DNA from: Laetmonice hystrix
Taxonomy: Eukaryota
Reading direction: 5' to 3'
Assembly: GCA_965235115.1 (NCBI GenBank)
Contig: OZ249436.1
Span: 41,480,001 to 41,544,000 of the forward strand
DNA: 64,000 nucleotides
Notes under the pieces: model-generated
Database searches by the model: none
What the model saw: only the letters and a program-made list of their open reading frames with translations
Told to the model about the DNA's origin: nothing
Made by a program: the position numbers and the translations under genes
Shown: piece by piece, positions 36,501 through 51,500 of the stretch
Layout: each line of letters opens with the position of its first letter
How positions within the stretch are numbered: the stretch's first letter is position 1

Positions 36501-39500
36501 CGGAGATGTTGGGTCTTAATGTTGTCCTCATCATCTGTGAAATAAAACACGCAGAGGTGTATAGCTCATAAAGGTGTCTGTGCTCAGGATATTGATTAAC
36601 AGTCTGTATTGCTTGAAATAGAAAAAGGGGTGTCGTTTCCGTTTTCCGATTCCGTTTTCTGATTCCGTTATCCGATTCCGTTTTCCGATTCTCCCCATGT
36701 GTCCATTGGATTGTATGGTGCTAGTCCGTTTCCCGATCTGAAAAGGGATGGATCGCTCCAAGAAGCAATCAAGAATCGGGAAACGGACTCAGAAAATGGA
36801 ATCGGACAACAAACCGTACACACGGAAACGGTCCCATAGAAAATAGGCATGGGCGATATCAAATCGGATTCGGAAAACAGAATCGGAAATCGGAAATGCA
36901 CACATGGAAATGCGGCTTTAGTCTTTTAGCTCAGAAAATGTTTAGACTAAATTATATAATAACTTGTCAATTCTCAGAACTTAGAACATAATTAAAACAT
37001 TTAAACAGTAATCTAATTTATTATCGAAAGGATTTGAGGTGATTTAACCTGTTCTACACCTAACGAACAAGAACTGACCCAGAATTTTTGGGCACAGGCT
37101 GGACAAATTCCACAGTGTTGACAGCAGAGTACGACAGGCCGACACTGGCACTGGTGTAGGCTGTCCTCGTAGGCCTTGTTGTAGACACAGGCGACACCGT
37201 CTTGAGAACAGTTGAGGCACCATGTACACACAGAGAGAATCTGGTCCTCTGTCCCTGCAGTCCTCTGCCACTCGTGGTCAGCACATACTGATCGGTTCAC
37301 TGCCACGTGGAATGATGGAAAAGATCATGTGATGAAAAATTTCAAGTAGGAACTTAAAGGTCGTGTGCAAGTATAAATGTTTTACTGAAGAGCAGCTGCG
37401 CAGGTTTATTCAGGCTCATTATTCAAGTCTGAGTAAGACATAATAAATTACCGTACTAAAAGAAACAGGTGTATTGCATATGGTAACATTTCCTTCACTA
37501 AATTTAGCAGATTGTCATTGTGGAAATGCTGGCCTACTAGCACTCATAGGTCCAACATTGGCCAACCTCCGCATAACTGGGCAAAATAATTCTGCTGTTC
37601 CAATGCCAACGGTGGCGCAGCAGAAAGTCTTCTCTGACTAAACTACCAGTTTAAAAACGAATTCTCCTATCAAAGGCAAGTTTGAGACCGATTCATGAAT
37701 TACCAGGCTGCAAGCCAATGTCAGGGCTGATGACGAATGGTACGTGAAGCCTGAGACATTGTGTGCTTATCACATCAAGGTAGAGGTGAATGATGCTCCA
37801 ACCGTACGACTCGACCAGGCCAGAACAATCCTCCCTCTCTGGGCCTGGCATCAGGAGTTTTACATTGACAATCAAACTCTCAACTTGGGTCTGCCCTCCT
37901 GGAAGTCAAACACAATGTCTTCTGTGTGAATTACATTTCAAGGAAAATATTACATGAGTGTAAAGTTGGAATTAACATGGCATGCTATAGTGTAAACATA
38001 TTAAAACCAGTTACAATGAACTGGGTTAGTTTTAAGTCTTTTTTGAGAGGTAACGTTGAACAATTTTTAATGTTTGAATGTTTAACTGCTTAAAATTTAC
38101 CCCAGTGCTCCTATATCTTCAGGCTTCTTTTTCAAGTCTCATTCTGCCCCATGTTAGAACGACATTCTCAAAACGTCCTTACCACACTCCTATGTGCCGT
38201 TGTTATCACACTCCTATGTGCCGGTTTCTTATTTGAGTCTGATAAGGCAATATAGACAAATTAAGGAGGTGACGGGATTCAAGGCGTAATGACAGCACCT
38301 ACCTTTATTTTCTTGTTGCCAAGCAACTACCATCTGTGCTGCCCCCTGGTGTGCCACAAGAAAGTGCGGTGCCAAGACAACGGGCTGGGCTATGCTCGCA
38401 CATTCACACAGAACGCTCCGTTTGACAAAAGGAACCAGCGCGACAGGAAACTCGCACACTGATGACAGCGACATGATGTTATCTTCCTGCCGGTCTCTCC
38501 TGTAGAAATGTGACTAAAACAACAATCACAATCAGGTCTTTATACAAGAAGGGTTCGCAGTGAAATTCATTACCATATTTGTCCTCTTCTACCTATATTT
38601 CCCCTTAGTAAATCTCTTTCTTGTAAATGTAAATGAAAACTTACCAGTGGGAAAGAGGGTTCCTTCAAGTTCAGAGGATGCAGCAGGTATGATCTGACAT
38701 CGCCTTGGTGACCATGAAACGCCGGTAACCTCAGCAGTTGGTGAGACTCTATCAATACCTGAAGGAGGACCTGTCAAATAGAAGGTTCGCCATTTTTCTC
38801 CTATGTTTGAACATGTTGGCATGGATGTGATCAAAACGTGACAGCAAACTTTAGAAATAAATTCAGCTTGAATCAACCAATGCTAGGTATAGATCCATTC
38901 CAGCATTTAGACGTAAGACATTCACATCTGACGACCTCCATTAGTCTTGGTTTGTGTTCGCTAATTGGTACAAACCTAGATGTTAACAAGCTCTTTTTCA
39001 AATGCACATGAAGACTCTTATTATATTATCCAACTTATGTCTCAATCTACGGTAAGCCTATTTTATTGTATTTATTTCTTAGCATGCATACTCAGGGTTT
39101 CTAAATAACTACTAAAGAAATAATGAAAACACTATGTACGTATATCAAACCGCATCATCTTGAAAACTGCCGGGTGAACCATTGCATTGCCATACACATG
39201 CACTAGCTATAAAGCAATTTTTTTTAAATAAGAATCCGGACTTAAAGTTATACACAGATATAATATATCACTGACGTCTCCAGGTATGAAAGACTATAGT
39301 AATTTACACCCATACATGAAGCAAGACAGATTGATACAATACTATTGATTGATACAACACTATGTTTTGCCAGACAATAATATACAAAGATGTTGTGGCT
39401 GAGAAACAGACACTTTAAAGCTAGTCAGGTATCTTCTCGTTATTTCCATCAGCATTTATACTGATCTAACGGCCAGGCCGGGGGGGGGGGGGGTTCTGGA

Positions 39501-42500
39501 CCAAAATTTCATTGAACCAAAGATTGCAGTCCAACTAGAATATGTTCATTTGAACTTTTCTATTCAAATGTAATATCACAAAAATTCACAATGGATTAGA
39601 AAGTCAGCATTGCTAAAGTTCTCATGCTAGCAGAGAACTTAGCAGCCCTAGTCAAACTAGCTGCTAAAGCAAGCAGGGTAAAAGAAAAACCTATCATGAG
39701 GAATGTACCAGTCAAACTGCTGAAGCCTGAACCATGCCAAGCAAAAGAGAAAACTTATCATGAGGAATGTGTTTACCAGTGCATCCAGACATCTGTAAAT
39801 CAAACGTGACAAAAATATGGACTACCAAGAAAAAAGTGAAAATTCTCTTTCACGTGTGAAAAGGGAGCATGCAGAAGTCTTTAGTTCCAAACAAAAAGAT
39901 TTAAGCAGAATGCATTAATGAGGAACACACAATGCTAATTTCACCACAATGCTTAGAATATTTGAAAAGGGGGTAAAATGGTCCAAGATAGTGCGAGCAC
40001 ATATTATTTCAGAATTTCAATTTTCCTAAACCAGAAAATCTAAACATCTGGCATAGAGGTTTTAAAATGTGACTCTGAAATGAAAATTGAAATGAAAAAA
40101 ATGAAAAACCTCCTGTTATCTTTAAAAATAGAAAAAACTGTGTACTAACTACTTTTGTGGCTTCAATACGAAATATTAAAGCCAGATCTTTACTTGTTTA
40201 CTTGATTAAAACAATGCAATTGTTCAATCATAATTAGTGAGAAGCCTACTTTTGGTGTTTTCATGTCCTTTGACCTTGCCAGCGAGGCTAGCTGGGTGTC
40301 CTTCCACAGCGGGGTGTCTGCGGTAACACATCGCACTCTTTGGCCTGCCGTGTCTGCGGGTGCAGCATGCTGAAGCTTCACGAGAACTTTCACAAACCTC
40401 TCCACATCAAGGATAGCCACCCATGGGTCCATCTCAACCAAGAAAATCACCTTACCCTAGCAACAAACCGAAATGCTTTGGATAAGCGATCAATAAACAG
40501 AGGTCACACAACCAAAATAAGGACTAAAATATGAATGCGAATTCAGTAGATTTCATTCATAGAATGTTTCCCCCAATGTTACTGTAAGTCTGGTATATTT
40601 CGCCTGCTTCAATTTCGCGTTTTCGTGTTTAAAAAACCATGAAATTAAAGACTGCCAAATTAATGTCTTGAAAATGAAGTCATGCTTTGGCAGACGGAAT
40701 GTGTTGTAGTCAAACAGAATGCTGCCCTCTGGTGGAATGATGTGTAGTTCTGACATCAATGACTGTTGCATTTAGCGGTGCCATTGTCAGAACGTGAGTT
40801 TAAGAAACGCGAAATCACCCAAAAATGAAAAAAAAACGAAATTTTAAATTTTATCTGTCTTCCCCATGCTCACCCAGTCGTGAAGCAGTCTCAGGATGGC
40901 CTCTAGCTGTCTGACAGTAAACCCTTCTATGTTTTGACACGTGTCACGTGTTATCAGTAGGTGCTCCGGTTGGTCAGTGGAGGCCAGTGACCTGATGACC
41001 TCCCTGACCTTTGGCAGGTGTTGGTACAGGTGAGGGCGTTGTGCCATCATATTCTGATGATTCACCTTCAAAACCTCCTCTAGCTCCTTCAGGCCCTGAT
41101 AAATAAAACACTGCTCTTAAAGTGCTACAGACATCACATAGGCACCTTTACTGATCTAGATAGATCACTAGTTGTTGACGTGTCTGGGATAGGTTTTTCT
41201 GATCAATTCTCTCGAAAAGTAACATTTGTAAAAGTATTGACAATTTGAATCACGTGTAGCCCGTGATGACGTAAGCACGGGCAGGCGGGTGGGCCCTGGA
41301 GGGAAGGCGACTGGCAGACAAATAGTCGGGAGAATTGGTCATTTTGATCATGGATTACAGACAGTTCATGTTGTTGTACAACAACCGTTCCTTTACAGAA
41401 CAACAACAAATTACAAGTATTATCGGGATCTGGTACCAAATTTCATGTTAATTGTGATGTCTGTACCACTTTAATGCTGACACATCCAAACACTTGTAAA
41501 CCCCTCTCGGCTAGTCAGCTGACACACCCAATTCATGCAGTTCTTTAGGCAATAATTTTCTACATTCAGAATTAACAAAGAACATATAAGAATTGCAACG
41601 TTTTCATTGCTGAAGGGATCCAAACTGTTTGAAAAAGAAACTTACTTTTGCAGTTTTCTTGTCGAGGGACATGAACTTTATGTTCATCATTTTCTCAAAG
41701 ACTTGCCACTGACTTTGAAGTTTTATGTGGTGGTCATATACCATTTGTGTCTCAAACCTACAATGAAAAAAAACATAAATATTCATGACCTCACACCATT
41801 TAAATGCGAAGACAAGTATGGATAAGTCAATTATTAAGAATGAAGGATCTGCAGACACACTTGGTCTGTGTTTAAGCAATGTTTTAAGTATTAATTATAG
41901 ACAAAAAAAATCATTCTTCAATAATAAATCTTTTTTAGATTTATCAGATCAATAGTTTATCTTTTAAAGTTGATTAGTAACCACTTCTCTAGCCCAGGCA
42001 CACACAATACTAGTCCTGTGTTCATACCTAGGGTTCTTCCCCAGTTTGCTGACAATCTCTTTCAATGAATCAACAGCGTGAAGCTTTGATGTGTGCAGGT
42101 GGTCCTGAACGATGTCCAGTTTAGATTTGCTGTTTTTCTTGCCACTGTTGGTAACGCCCAGAATAACAAATGCTGGACCAGATGCAAACGCTGATGTCTG
42201 TAGTAAACGGTATGTGTAGGAGTTCAAATACAGCAAGTTGCACAAGCAATCTGCTACATGTACACAAAGAAAAAATAGGGCTGAGGTTTCATGAAAGACA
42301 ATATATATACAACATGTGCTGTGATACAGACAAGTATAAAAGGTTTCTAGTATGAAAAGTTTTGGAAAAAAGTCATGCACATAACATGTTTTTTACGGCA
42401 ATATTTACCTTTTTTCAAACACTACCATTCACTGCAAAATATTTGTGCACTGGAATATATTTACGACTGTGCTAAGGGTTCAAATTTACCTGTTTTTTGG

Positions 42501-45500
42501 ACATCAAAGCATAGAAAGATTCCAGGTGCATGTTATGTAATTTAACCACAACATTTTCCCCAGAGATAATAGGATGCAACCCTCCATCAACATAGTGGAA
42601 ACCAATTTCTTCCTCCTTCAACAAAATAAGAAATCACATATTACAATCTTACTATGTACATGTAGTTCAGTATTCAGTGACGAGTTTTAGATTGTCTTTA
42701 CAGAGGGGCATGTCTGCTTTCTTGGGCCACAGTTAGCAGTAAAAAAGTCTAAATTGGACTGTTCCATGCTCTCAGGCAGATATTTTACAATGTAGATAAA
42801 TTTTGAATTAAATTTTGCTTTATCATTACAAGATGATCTATGAGACACTCAGTTATATATTTTCTATTTCAGCCCCTTACATTTGCCCCTCCTTGAGTGA
42901 GGGTTAGCTTCACTTCCTGGTCAGGACTTGGGTATCCATCTTTATCCAAACTGAGTCTATCGACATTCAGGCTCACTTTGTACTTGTCACCTGCCTTGAC
43001 ATCCGGTTTCCTATCAAAGCAGCAAGAATCACTCTGAATGGCTTGTGTAACTATACAAGTCGTCCACTGAAGGCATGTATAACTGACACACATAGTAATA
43101 TAGCCATCAAAACTCAACATCTGATACCCACAGCTATAGAAGCTAAGACACAAAGATCATAAACCTCTTAAGATCAGGCAATTTTCAAAAAAGGCATTAA
43201 AATGTAGTCACTGTTATATGTGCAATTATATGAAATGGCATGGTTTATGGTTTGTTATTATCAACAAGAGACTGGCCATTCTTAGTCAATGTTACATACG
43301 CAAACAGGGGATGATCTTCAGAGCCTTCATCATACTTTGTTGTCGTCCCTAACTGAAGTTTATTTGAAGGGCCACATGAGACTACGGTCACTTCAAACTC
43401 TGAATGTGCTGTGGAAAGAGGTATCCACGACGTTAGGCTCCAGCTGCCTTTGCCCATGCCAAGTCTGTTCCAACAGAGAAAATATTTGAAACAATTTATG
43501 AAACAAATAATTATTAATAAAACATTCTACAGTTTCTGTAAAAATATGAAATATTGTCATTATGAAAGTATTTTGCAGAGAACCCACCTCTGTGGTTCCA
43601 AATCTTTCAGCTTGCCTTCAATTTCCATTGGAACAAAGAAGTTGTTTGGGCTAAGATGTCTGGCTATCCTAACCTAAAGGAGATATATCTTACAATGGGC
43701 ATGACAGTCGCAAAAAACATTGAGAAAAAATCTGAAAATAACCTGTAATATACATGTAGAATAAAAAAGCGGGGAAAAAAGAGGATTCTAAACATGTTAT
43801 TTCTGTATAAAGGTACAACTAAAGTTAACAGACACAAAAAACATTGTTACACAAGACTTTGCTCTGTACCTGACATTGAAACTCTTGCGGAGGACGATAG
43901 TTGAGAAGCCTTATACTGTCATTATTGTTAAGAGAAACAGCAAAGGCTGGATAAGAAGACTGGTCACCCTTCCTTATACCTCTGTATTTGACTTGTGACA
44001 CCTGAAACAAGCATAAAAAACGTTCCTTGTTAACACAGATCATGAGATCCACTTCAATCACAGGAGTAAGCCCAGAGATACGTGTCACTGTCTATTTCTA
44101 CAACTTAGTGTGTAACAATACAATAAGAATAATGTAACAGCCTCCTGTCATGGAGTACTATTTGACGATACTCTAGGCAAACAGATGTTAATTGGCATCT
44201 TAAGACTGCACACACAAAGCAGTACCTTATCTCATAAAACAAGTATGTTAATGGGTTATTTCTAGGGCTGAAACGATTCATTGATATATCAGTGCATTGT
44301 GATATTTTGTGTCCAATACGATACATCGATATGAATGTCAAAGTATCGATACAAAACGATATGCCATGTGTCATGACATATCTAGATATACCTGTAAGTA
44401 GTGTGCCTTCTGAAAGATTGTGCTCAACTGCTGTGGACATTGTTACTGCCCAGCATTCTGCATTAAGTGCGGAAAATGTTGACAAACTTATATTCTTGAA
44501 GAAATACCTGGAGGCTATGTAAGGATATAAGGCACTGCTTGCCCCCTCTATTAAAATGTTTCAAATTTAAACAGATGCATTTTATTCTTATTCATTTTCA
44601 GCATAGTACACTTTTAGTTTCATTAAGAAATATCGTGATATGTATCGTATCATGACACAAGTGTATCGTTTTAGCCCTAGTTATTTCATACTTTCTTTTT
44701 TAAAATAAAAAAATTAAAAGCTCAAAAATATTTAATGATGGTTCACAGAGAATCATGATCTTCTACATGATATTACTCATTTTCCTCATTTACATACTAC
44801 TTGTTAGTACATGTACCTAAAATCCATACCAGATTATTGTTCTTGTAGAAGTGGACGGTGTAATATTTTTCAGGTATCATAACCTGATTTTGTACATCAG
44901 TAACAACAATCTTCATTCGATCACCAGGTTTACATTTTGCCGTATCTGCTGTCATCTCGGTGGGGTCACAATCGGCTCCTTCAAGTTGAATCCTGGCCAA
45001 GATATTATCAATATAAAGATTCTTATTATCTATTGCGATAATTTTTACAGGGTGTATCCACTAGGTTTCAGTATTTTTTCCATGACTTTTCGATGCCCAA
45101 AGCTATAAAATCAAGGACCTTTTTACATGCTTCGTGGTATGAAAGAGACATGTGCTGAGGCAAGGAGGAAGGGTCAGACAGGCCATGATTGAAGTGCTGG
45201 ATGAAAGAAAGTAACAACGCCGTTTTGCGAAAGCATGCCTTTTAATTTCCATGACTTTTCAATGACCTCGGCCCAAAATAAGTCAATTTCCATGACTTTT
45301 CCAGGCCTGGAGAAAAAAAAAGGAATTCCATGACTTTTCCAGGTTTTCCATGACTGGATACACCCTGTTTTTATGGTAAATAACGTATTTAAATGTTTTC
45401 ACTTTATCACGCTGCTTAATTTTCTAGGTTGCTTTGTGTATTATTTTTAGTCATTATAAGTTACACACAGAATATTCTTACGTTCATAGTGAAGAAAACT

Positions 45501-48500
45501 GTTAAAACAGTACAGTATTGTACACACCTTCCATTTCCTGCACAGTAGCCTTGGAAATTTTCTTCATATTCTAAAAGTTCTTGAGAAGATTGGCATGTCA
45601 ATCCAAGCATTATCTTGCTGCCTTTTTCCTGCTTCAAGATTTCTACCTCCATTTGGTTTCTCTCACTGCCAACTGGGTGTAGACTTCTCAGGGCCAACAC
45701 ATCAGATGACGTATTACTAAAAAAAAATAGAAAAATTTACATCAATTATTTTGGTACATTTTGTTTATCTCTTTAAATTACATGAAATATTTGTTTTAAT
45801 ATACAAACACCATGGAAAAACGTACCATATAATTCCACTTGCATTGTCAACATGCCTCTCACTTTCAGCCATTTCAATGTTCTTCATGTGGCCATCCACA
45901 AACTTGGGCTAGTCAAAACAGAAACAAAAACTACATATTTCAGATTTTCTTCTTATTTTTGCTGATCATTGTCACCAGTTGCTTACGCATAGAATCACTA
46001 CGTAAACATAGAGGTTCCATACCTATCACTTGATCAAAAGCAGGACTAAGAGCTGATATTAAAACATGTCTAATTCTTTAACAAATCTTACCTTTTGTGA
46101 CTTGACATTTTCTATTTTCAATACACAACAAGGACTCGTGAGTAGAACAAACTGATACTGGCCACACAATGTTTCCTCCTGCTCCTGAACCTAAAATAAA
46201 TTTTTTCTTTTCTTTTACAAAGTAGCATTTGGTTGGCCTTCGTTAGAATGACCTCAAATCAAAGGACTTGATATCAACGTTCATGTAATTTCACTGCCTA
46301 TACAAATACATGTATTTCCAGACATTACACTTAAAAGGTTGGGATGGAGAAGTCTGTTTTTGGCCTACCTTTTTACCATTTTTGAATGTGCTAAGTGTGT
46401 ATTTCTTGTATTCCAGAGAAAATGGGCATGTTAAATCAGTGGCTTCCAACCCAAAGGACATGGTGTCTCCTGCTACCAATATTTGCCTGTTTGAGAAATA
46501 CCAATAAAAGTACTCTGACTAACGACTCTGTCCTTTAAAAAAAAAGATCGTCACATCACATCACGTTGTTAAAAAGGTCGTTTCCTTCATATTTCTACCT
46601 GCCTCCAAGGATGGCAGATGAGTCCTAGGTAAATATACAAAATATGCCATAATACGCCCCCCCCCCCTTCTGGCCGTCGCAAGATAAATTGTTTGTCTTT
46701 TGAAAAGAACTTAACAGGATTATTTGAGATAGGCCTAGGTTTTGTTATGGCCCGTTGATACCCAGACTGAGATTACAACCTTTTATTGATGTGATCTACT
46801 TTTTTAATGGAGGAAATGAATACATAATGAAATAATCTGTGATTGAATTCCCCATTAACAAAATTTGTGCGCCCCCCCCCCCCAACCAAATCCTGGATCC
46901 GCCACTGGGGGTACACATGTACTTCAAAAAAATGTTTAAATAAGCTTATTGTAATGCCTCAAATAAAGGCAGAACCCGATCACTTGAAATTGAAACACTC
47001 AAGGCAGATTTTTACCATTTATTTTAGTCTATAAATTAATAACGAGTTGATACACTAGATATGTGTCATGGATATCCTTCATACTCACGGTACACATTCC
47101 ACATCAGAAGTCAATTCATCCACAAGGGCCATCTGGATTACAGCAGGTCCAACACTAGAAATGAGTTTGACTTCCAACCTTGGATTTAAACGTCCAGCTG
47201 TTGGAGTGAAGACGGCTGATGGCGTTTCATCTTCCTCATCACTGCTATCATCAAACTCTTCATATTTCTTGAAGACCCTGAAATTAATATTTACATAACA
47301 TTTTTGAAATTTTTTTTTATTTGATCAACGATATTATATATTAATAGTACACATTTGCTATCATTTCACCACTACAGCTAATTCAGAAAAAAAACATGTG
47401 ATAGGCCAACTAGGCTTTCGGTTTTTCAAGAATTCTATCTGTAGTACAATTTGTGGAAACTTACATGAGGATTCCCTTGTTGAAATCAAAGGTCGAGGAG
47501 AACAGAGCACGTGGGCTGACCCCAATTCCTGCCTCAGCGACACCCACTTCACTATACAGTGGTTCACACTGTAACATAGAAATAATAGGACCAACATCAG
47601 ATCCCCACATCACCATGTACAAAATAAAGACATTTACCAAGGTTGGACTCATTAGCAAGCGTGACCTCACCTTATTGATGAAGTATGTGATGGTTGAGCT
47701 GACATGATTACAAGCATCACCGATGTCCCCATCAATGTCAAATGGGACGATGACCTGGGTGGGATGTTGGGGAAGCAGGATCTCTGATGGTGGCTAGGGC
47801 ACAAAAAGGAAATTTAACTTATTCGGATGATACATAATCATTTGGCAACTGTACACAGTAGGATGTTGTAAAAAAAAAGTTTTAAAAAAGTCAATATATT
47901 TCACAAGGATTTGTAATGCACTGTCCACTGATACATACACAACCCAGTGAAGTCTCAGTGATGCTGAAATCAACACTGCCAAGCCTGTAGAGTTTCTTGT
48001 AGTTGATGATATCTGCCTTTGCGACTGCCTTCCCTACCAGGTACTCAGCGAGTGACGAGCCATCATCAGACTGGCGACAGATGGTAATGTTACTCATCTC
48101 TACTATCTCCTCCTCGCTGTCATCTGGATGGATAAATCATAATTGTTCTTGGGGTGCGTTTCTCAGCATGTTGTAAGCATGTCGTATTGTTAACACCAAC
48201 GTATTTTCAATGGTGATTTTACGATGGTTGTGAAACACACCCCTGCTTAATTCTACAGTGATCTGGAAAAACCTAGTAAGTCGAGTTTTTCTCCAATTTG
48301 AGTTAGTCTCATTTTTGGACTTTAGGTTTTGCCCTTTCATATAGTCCTATACAAGTGATCAGAACTCTATGCAATTCATAGTTATTGACCTGGAAAAACC
48401 TAGCGTTTGCATGCACCTCAATGGGAGGAACGGTTCGTTTGTCCCAGTTTTCTCAAAATGAGGCAAAGTGGACTTGCTAGGTTTTTCTAGATCACTGTAG

Positions 48501-51500
48501 TTCTAGTCTTTTCATAAATACAGTGCAATATGTACAATAAAAGTCTTACACTCTTGGAGAGTACAACCCCTTACTCATTACACGGCAGCCTGCCCAACAT
48601 CCAGAATCAGAGGGCATGACAATAGCCTCCAAACCTCACGTCAAGCCTCCAGGTCCGTTATGATAAACGACTCTGGGGCCGGTTTTACTAAAAGTCCTTA
48701 TTTAACGACGTCGCTAATTTAACATAGAAGTGAATGGTTGCTAGGTTGTTATTTTCGACCTAGCAACCCATTCACTTCTATGTTAAATTAGCGACGTCGT
48801 TAAATAAGGACCTTTAGTAAAACCGGCCCCTGGAGAACTCACCTCCTGGCTGACGGAGCTGCAGGAGAGGACACCCCTCCAGGTGAAAGGTGAATCCCCG
48901 TTTGACCATGACCTCAGGGATAAAGGCCACACTGGTTGCCCTTAGCGACAGCTCCAGAGGCTGTTGGCACCGTGACAGGTACTCAAGGCCTTGCTCGGTT
49001 ACCCGCACACACCCATCTAATGATACCTGTTCAATAATGGAGATACGGTGCAATAGTTCAGATACACAACCAAGGCAATGTTTTCAGTTTAATTTTGTTT
49101 GTACTCTAACTTTTCTTGTATAAGCAGTGACCATATATAAGCCTCAGGCCATTTTTTTAAACAAATATTACGGAAAAAAGTTTACACACTTCCAGACATT
49201 CAAAGTTCCAGTAAAGTTGGGCCCAAACTTGAAATGGCACAAACAAGGCAGGATTCATTCAACCTAAGAAACTTGTGATAAAAAAGGCGAGCTTTAATGA
49301 TTAATCTACATGAACATACGCTAAATGTCTAACATATGTCTAAATGCTCACCTTCTCAAGTTCTGGAGCACGAGCTGCCATTTCTCCGAGACAGAGTAGA
49401 CCAAAATCAGTGAGGTTTACACAGCCAGAAAAGTCCACTTCAATCAAATGGGTAAGGTTCTGTCAATGCAAACATAGTCAGGACATATATCAAAATTGGC
49501 CTGCACATTTGTCTTTGGTGTGGTGGGTATTTTGGACTGAAGACGCAAAAGGCACCAATTTGAATGACAGATCAACTTTAGGTAAAGATATCATCTGCAG
49601 GGGCAGATCCAGGATTTTGTAACGAGGGGGGGGGCTACATCCAAGATTTCGCAATTGGGGGGCTACATCCATGATTTTGCAATGGGGGGAGGGGGCTTGA
49701 TGTACATGTATGTGTGAAACCTCTCAGGTGCCCCATAGACATCGCAAAATGATAGCCTGGAGTCAGCTGCCCCCCCCCCCCCTCCGCTGGATCCGCCACT
49801 GATCTGTAACAATAGACAAAATGTTGTGACCACGTCATATTTATAAGCACTTTGGAGAAAAACCAGTATGTCTATCGCCTTACCAGTTGAGAAGACATGG
49901 TTGCTATGGTCGAATCTCTTATCATCCCATCACCAGGGAAAGACCACCTTTGAAAGGTTTCCCCTCCTAGCATCTACATAAGAAAACACTGAGTTGAACA
50001 AGTCCTATTATGTTTCACCGTAATTAAGTTTTATGACCTTGGACACACTTATCAGGTAAGTTTGTTGATTCACTAAAATAATTTCTTTATGGAGGCAAAT
50101 ATCCCCGAATAGAGACCACATGACCGGGTAAATCTATGAAATCATAACAACTACAACAACATTAACATTTTAGTGGTCAGTCTTTTTACACAGTAGAGAG
50201 ACTGAAAGAAACATACTAAAAGAAACATATATCGTAGCACATGGATTTGTATCACAGCATACAATGGTGGAGTGTCATAAAAAATTCCAATGAATGAGGC
50301 TCACCGACCAATCTGTTGGATAGCAAGACTTATCGAGGTGCTCTTTTAATTCTTCCCTTCTTCTGCTCAATGTTTCTATAATAACAAATGTATTTGAAAG
50401 ATAGCTTCTTGATTCATTGATGCAAGGACTAGTACAATTTGATTTCACCAATTAGTGAAGCAAAAACGCCATTATATTGCCAAATCAAAATCAGCTAACA
50501 TAGATTTAGCCATACATGATATTATTATCTCTTTTATTACACGCAATAACCGAGTTAGTTTTTATTGAAGATGTATGACCATATAGAGAAACATAATTTG
50601 TGCTGCCTTTAAAGAGAACGAGTTAGGACTAGAAGTAACTCTGTACAGAGACATTAAATTACTGACTACTTTATGATGACCAACACACCTTTGGCTGAGA
50701 TCTCTGCTTCTTTCTTCTGCTTGCTGCTAGAAGTCACCACAGCTTTCTCTAGTGTTGTAATCGCATCAACTTCAGCTGAAACAAGATATCATGGACATCA
50801 GACTGATTCAGAATACAATAAACATGGAACATCAGCCTCATCAAAGGTAAGATGTAAACTACACAACTGAAAAGCCATACTCAGCCAACTCTTTGCCGGT
50901 CTTTACTGATCCATTTCTGATACATGTACATTGTGTATTGGGGAGTCCTAATTCTGGCACGTTTTAAAGTTTTGGGAGCCTTTCATGTACAGCCGTAGCA
51001 TCAATGGAACTGGTGGATATTATTATGGCATAACTGGCTGTTTCTGCCCTTCATGAATTGGGTAGTCCAGATTCCTCAGGCTGTTATGCTACTTGTCCAA
51101 CATTCTGTAACTGTTCCATACTGAAAATTGGGATAAGCTGAGGAAATCATATTACTAATGCAGTAGCGGTGAAACAGATACTAGTACATTGGGGGAGCCA
51201 GTGCCCCCCTGCCCCACCCCCACTTCTACCACATATGCACTAATTTCATATCATACAGCTTTCTGCAAGAGAAAGACATTCGACATTGTGCATACGACAG
51301 ATCTATTGCTTGCTGACCAAATTTTATGTCTTGCCTTTTAACAGGTTTTATAATAATCACATCTCACTTACCAAGTCCCATCCTCTGCAGTTTCATTTGT
51401 TGTTTCACCATGACCCTCTTGAATTCCTCTACATAATAAACAGAAAAAACTTTTACAGGGCCAGTTATAAGATTTCTCTTTCATTGTCCAGCACAACTAA

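Noticed and set aside
46599..46624. 26-nt candidate micro-exon in the first SPRY region
   Set aside because: It would shift the frame between two exons that are already phase-compatible.
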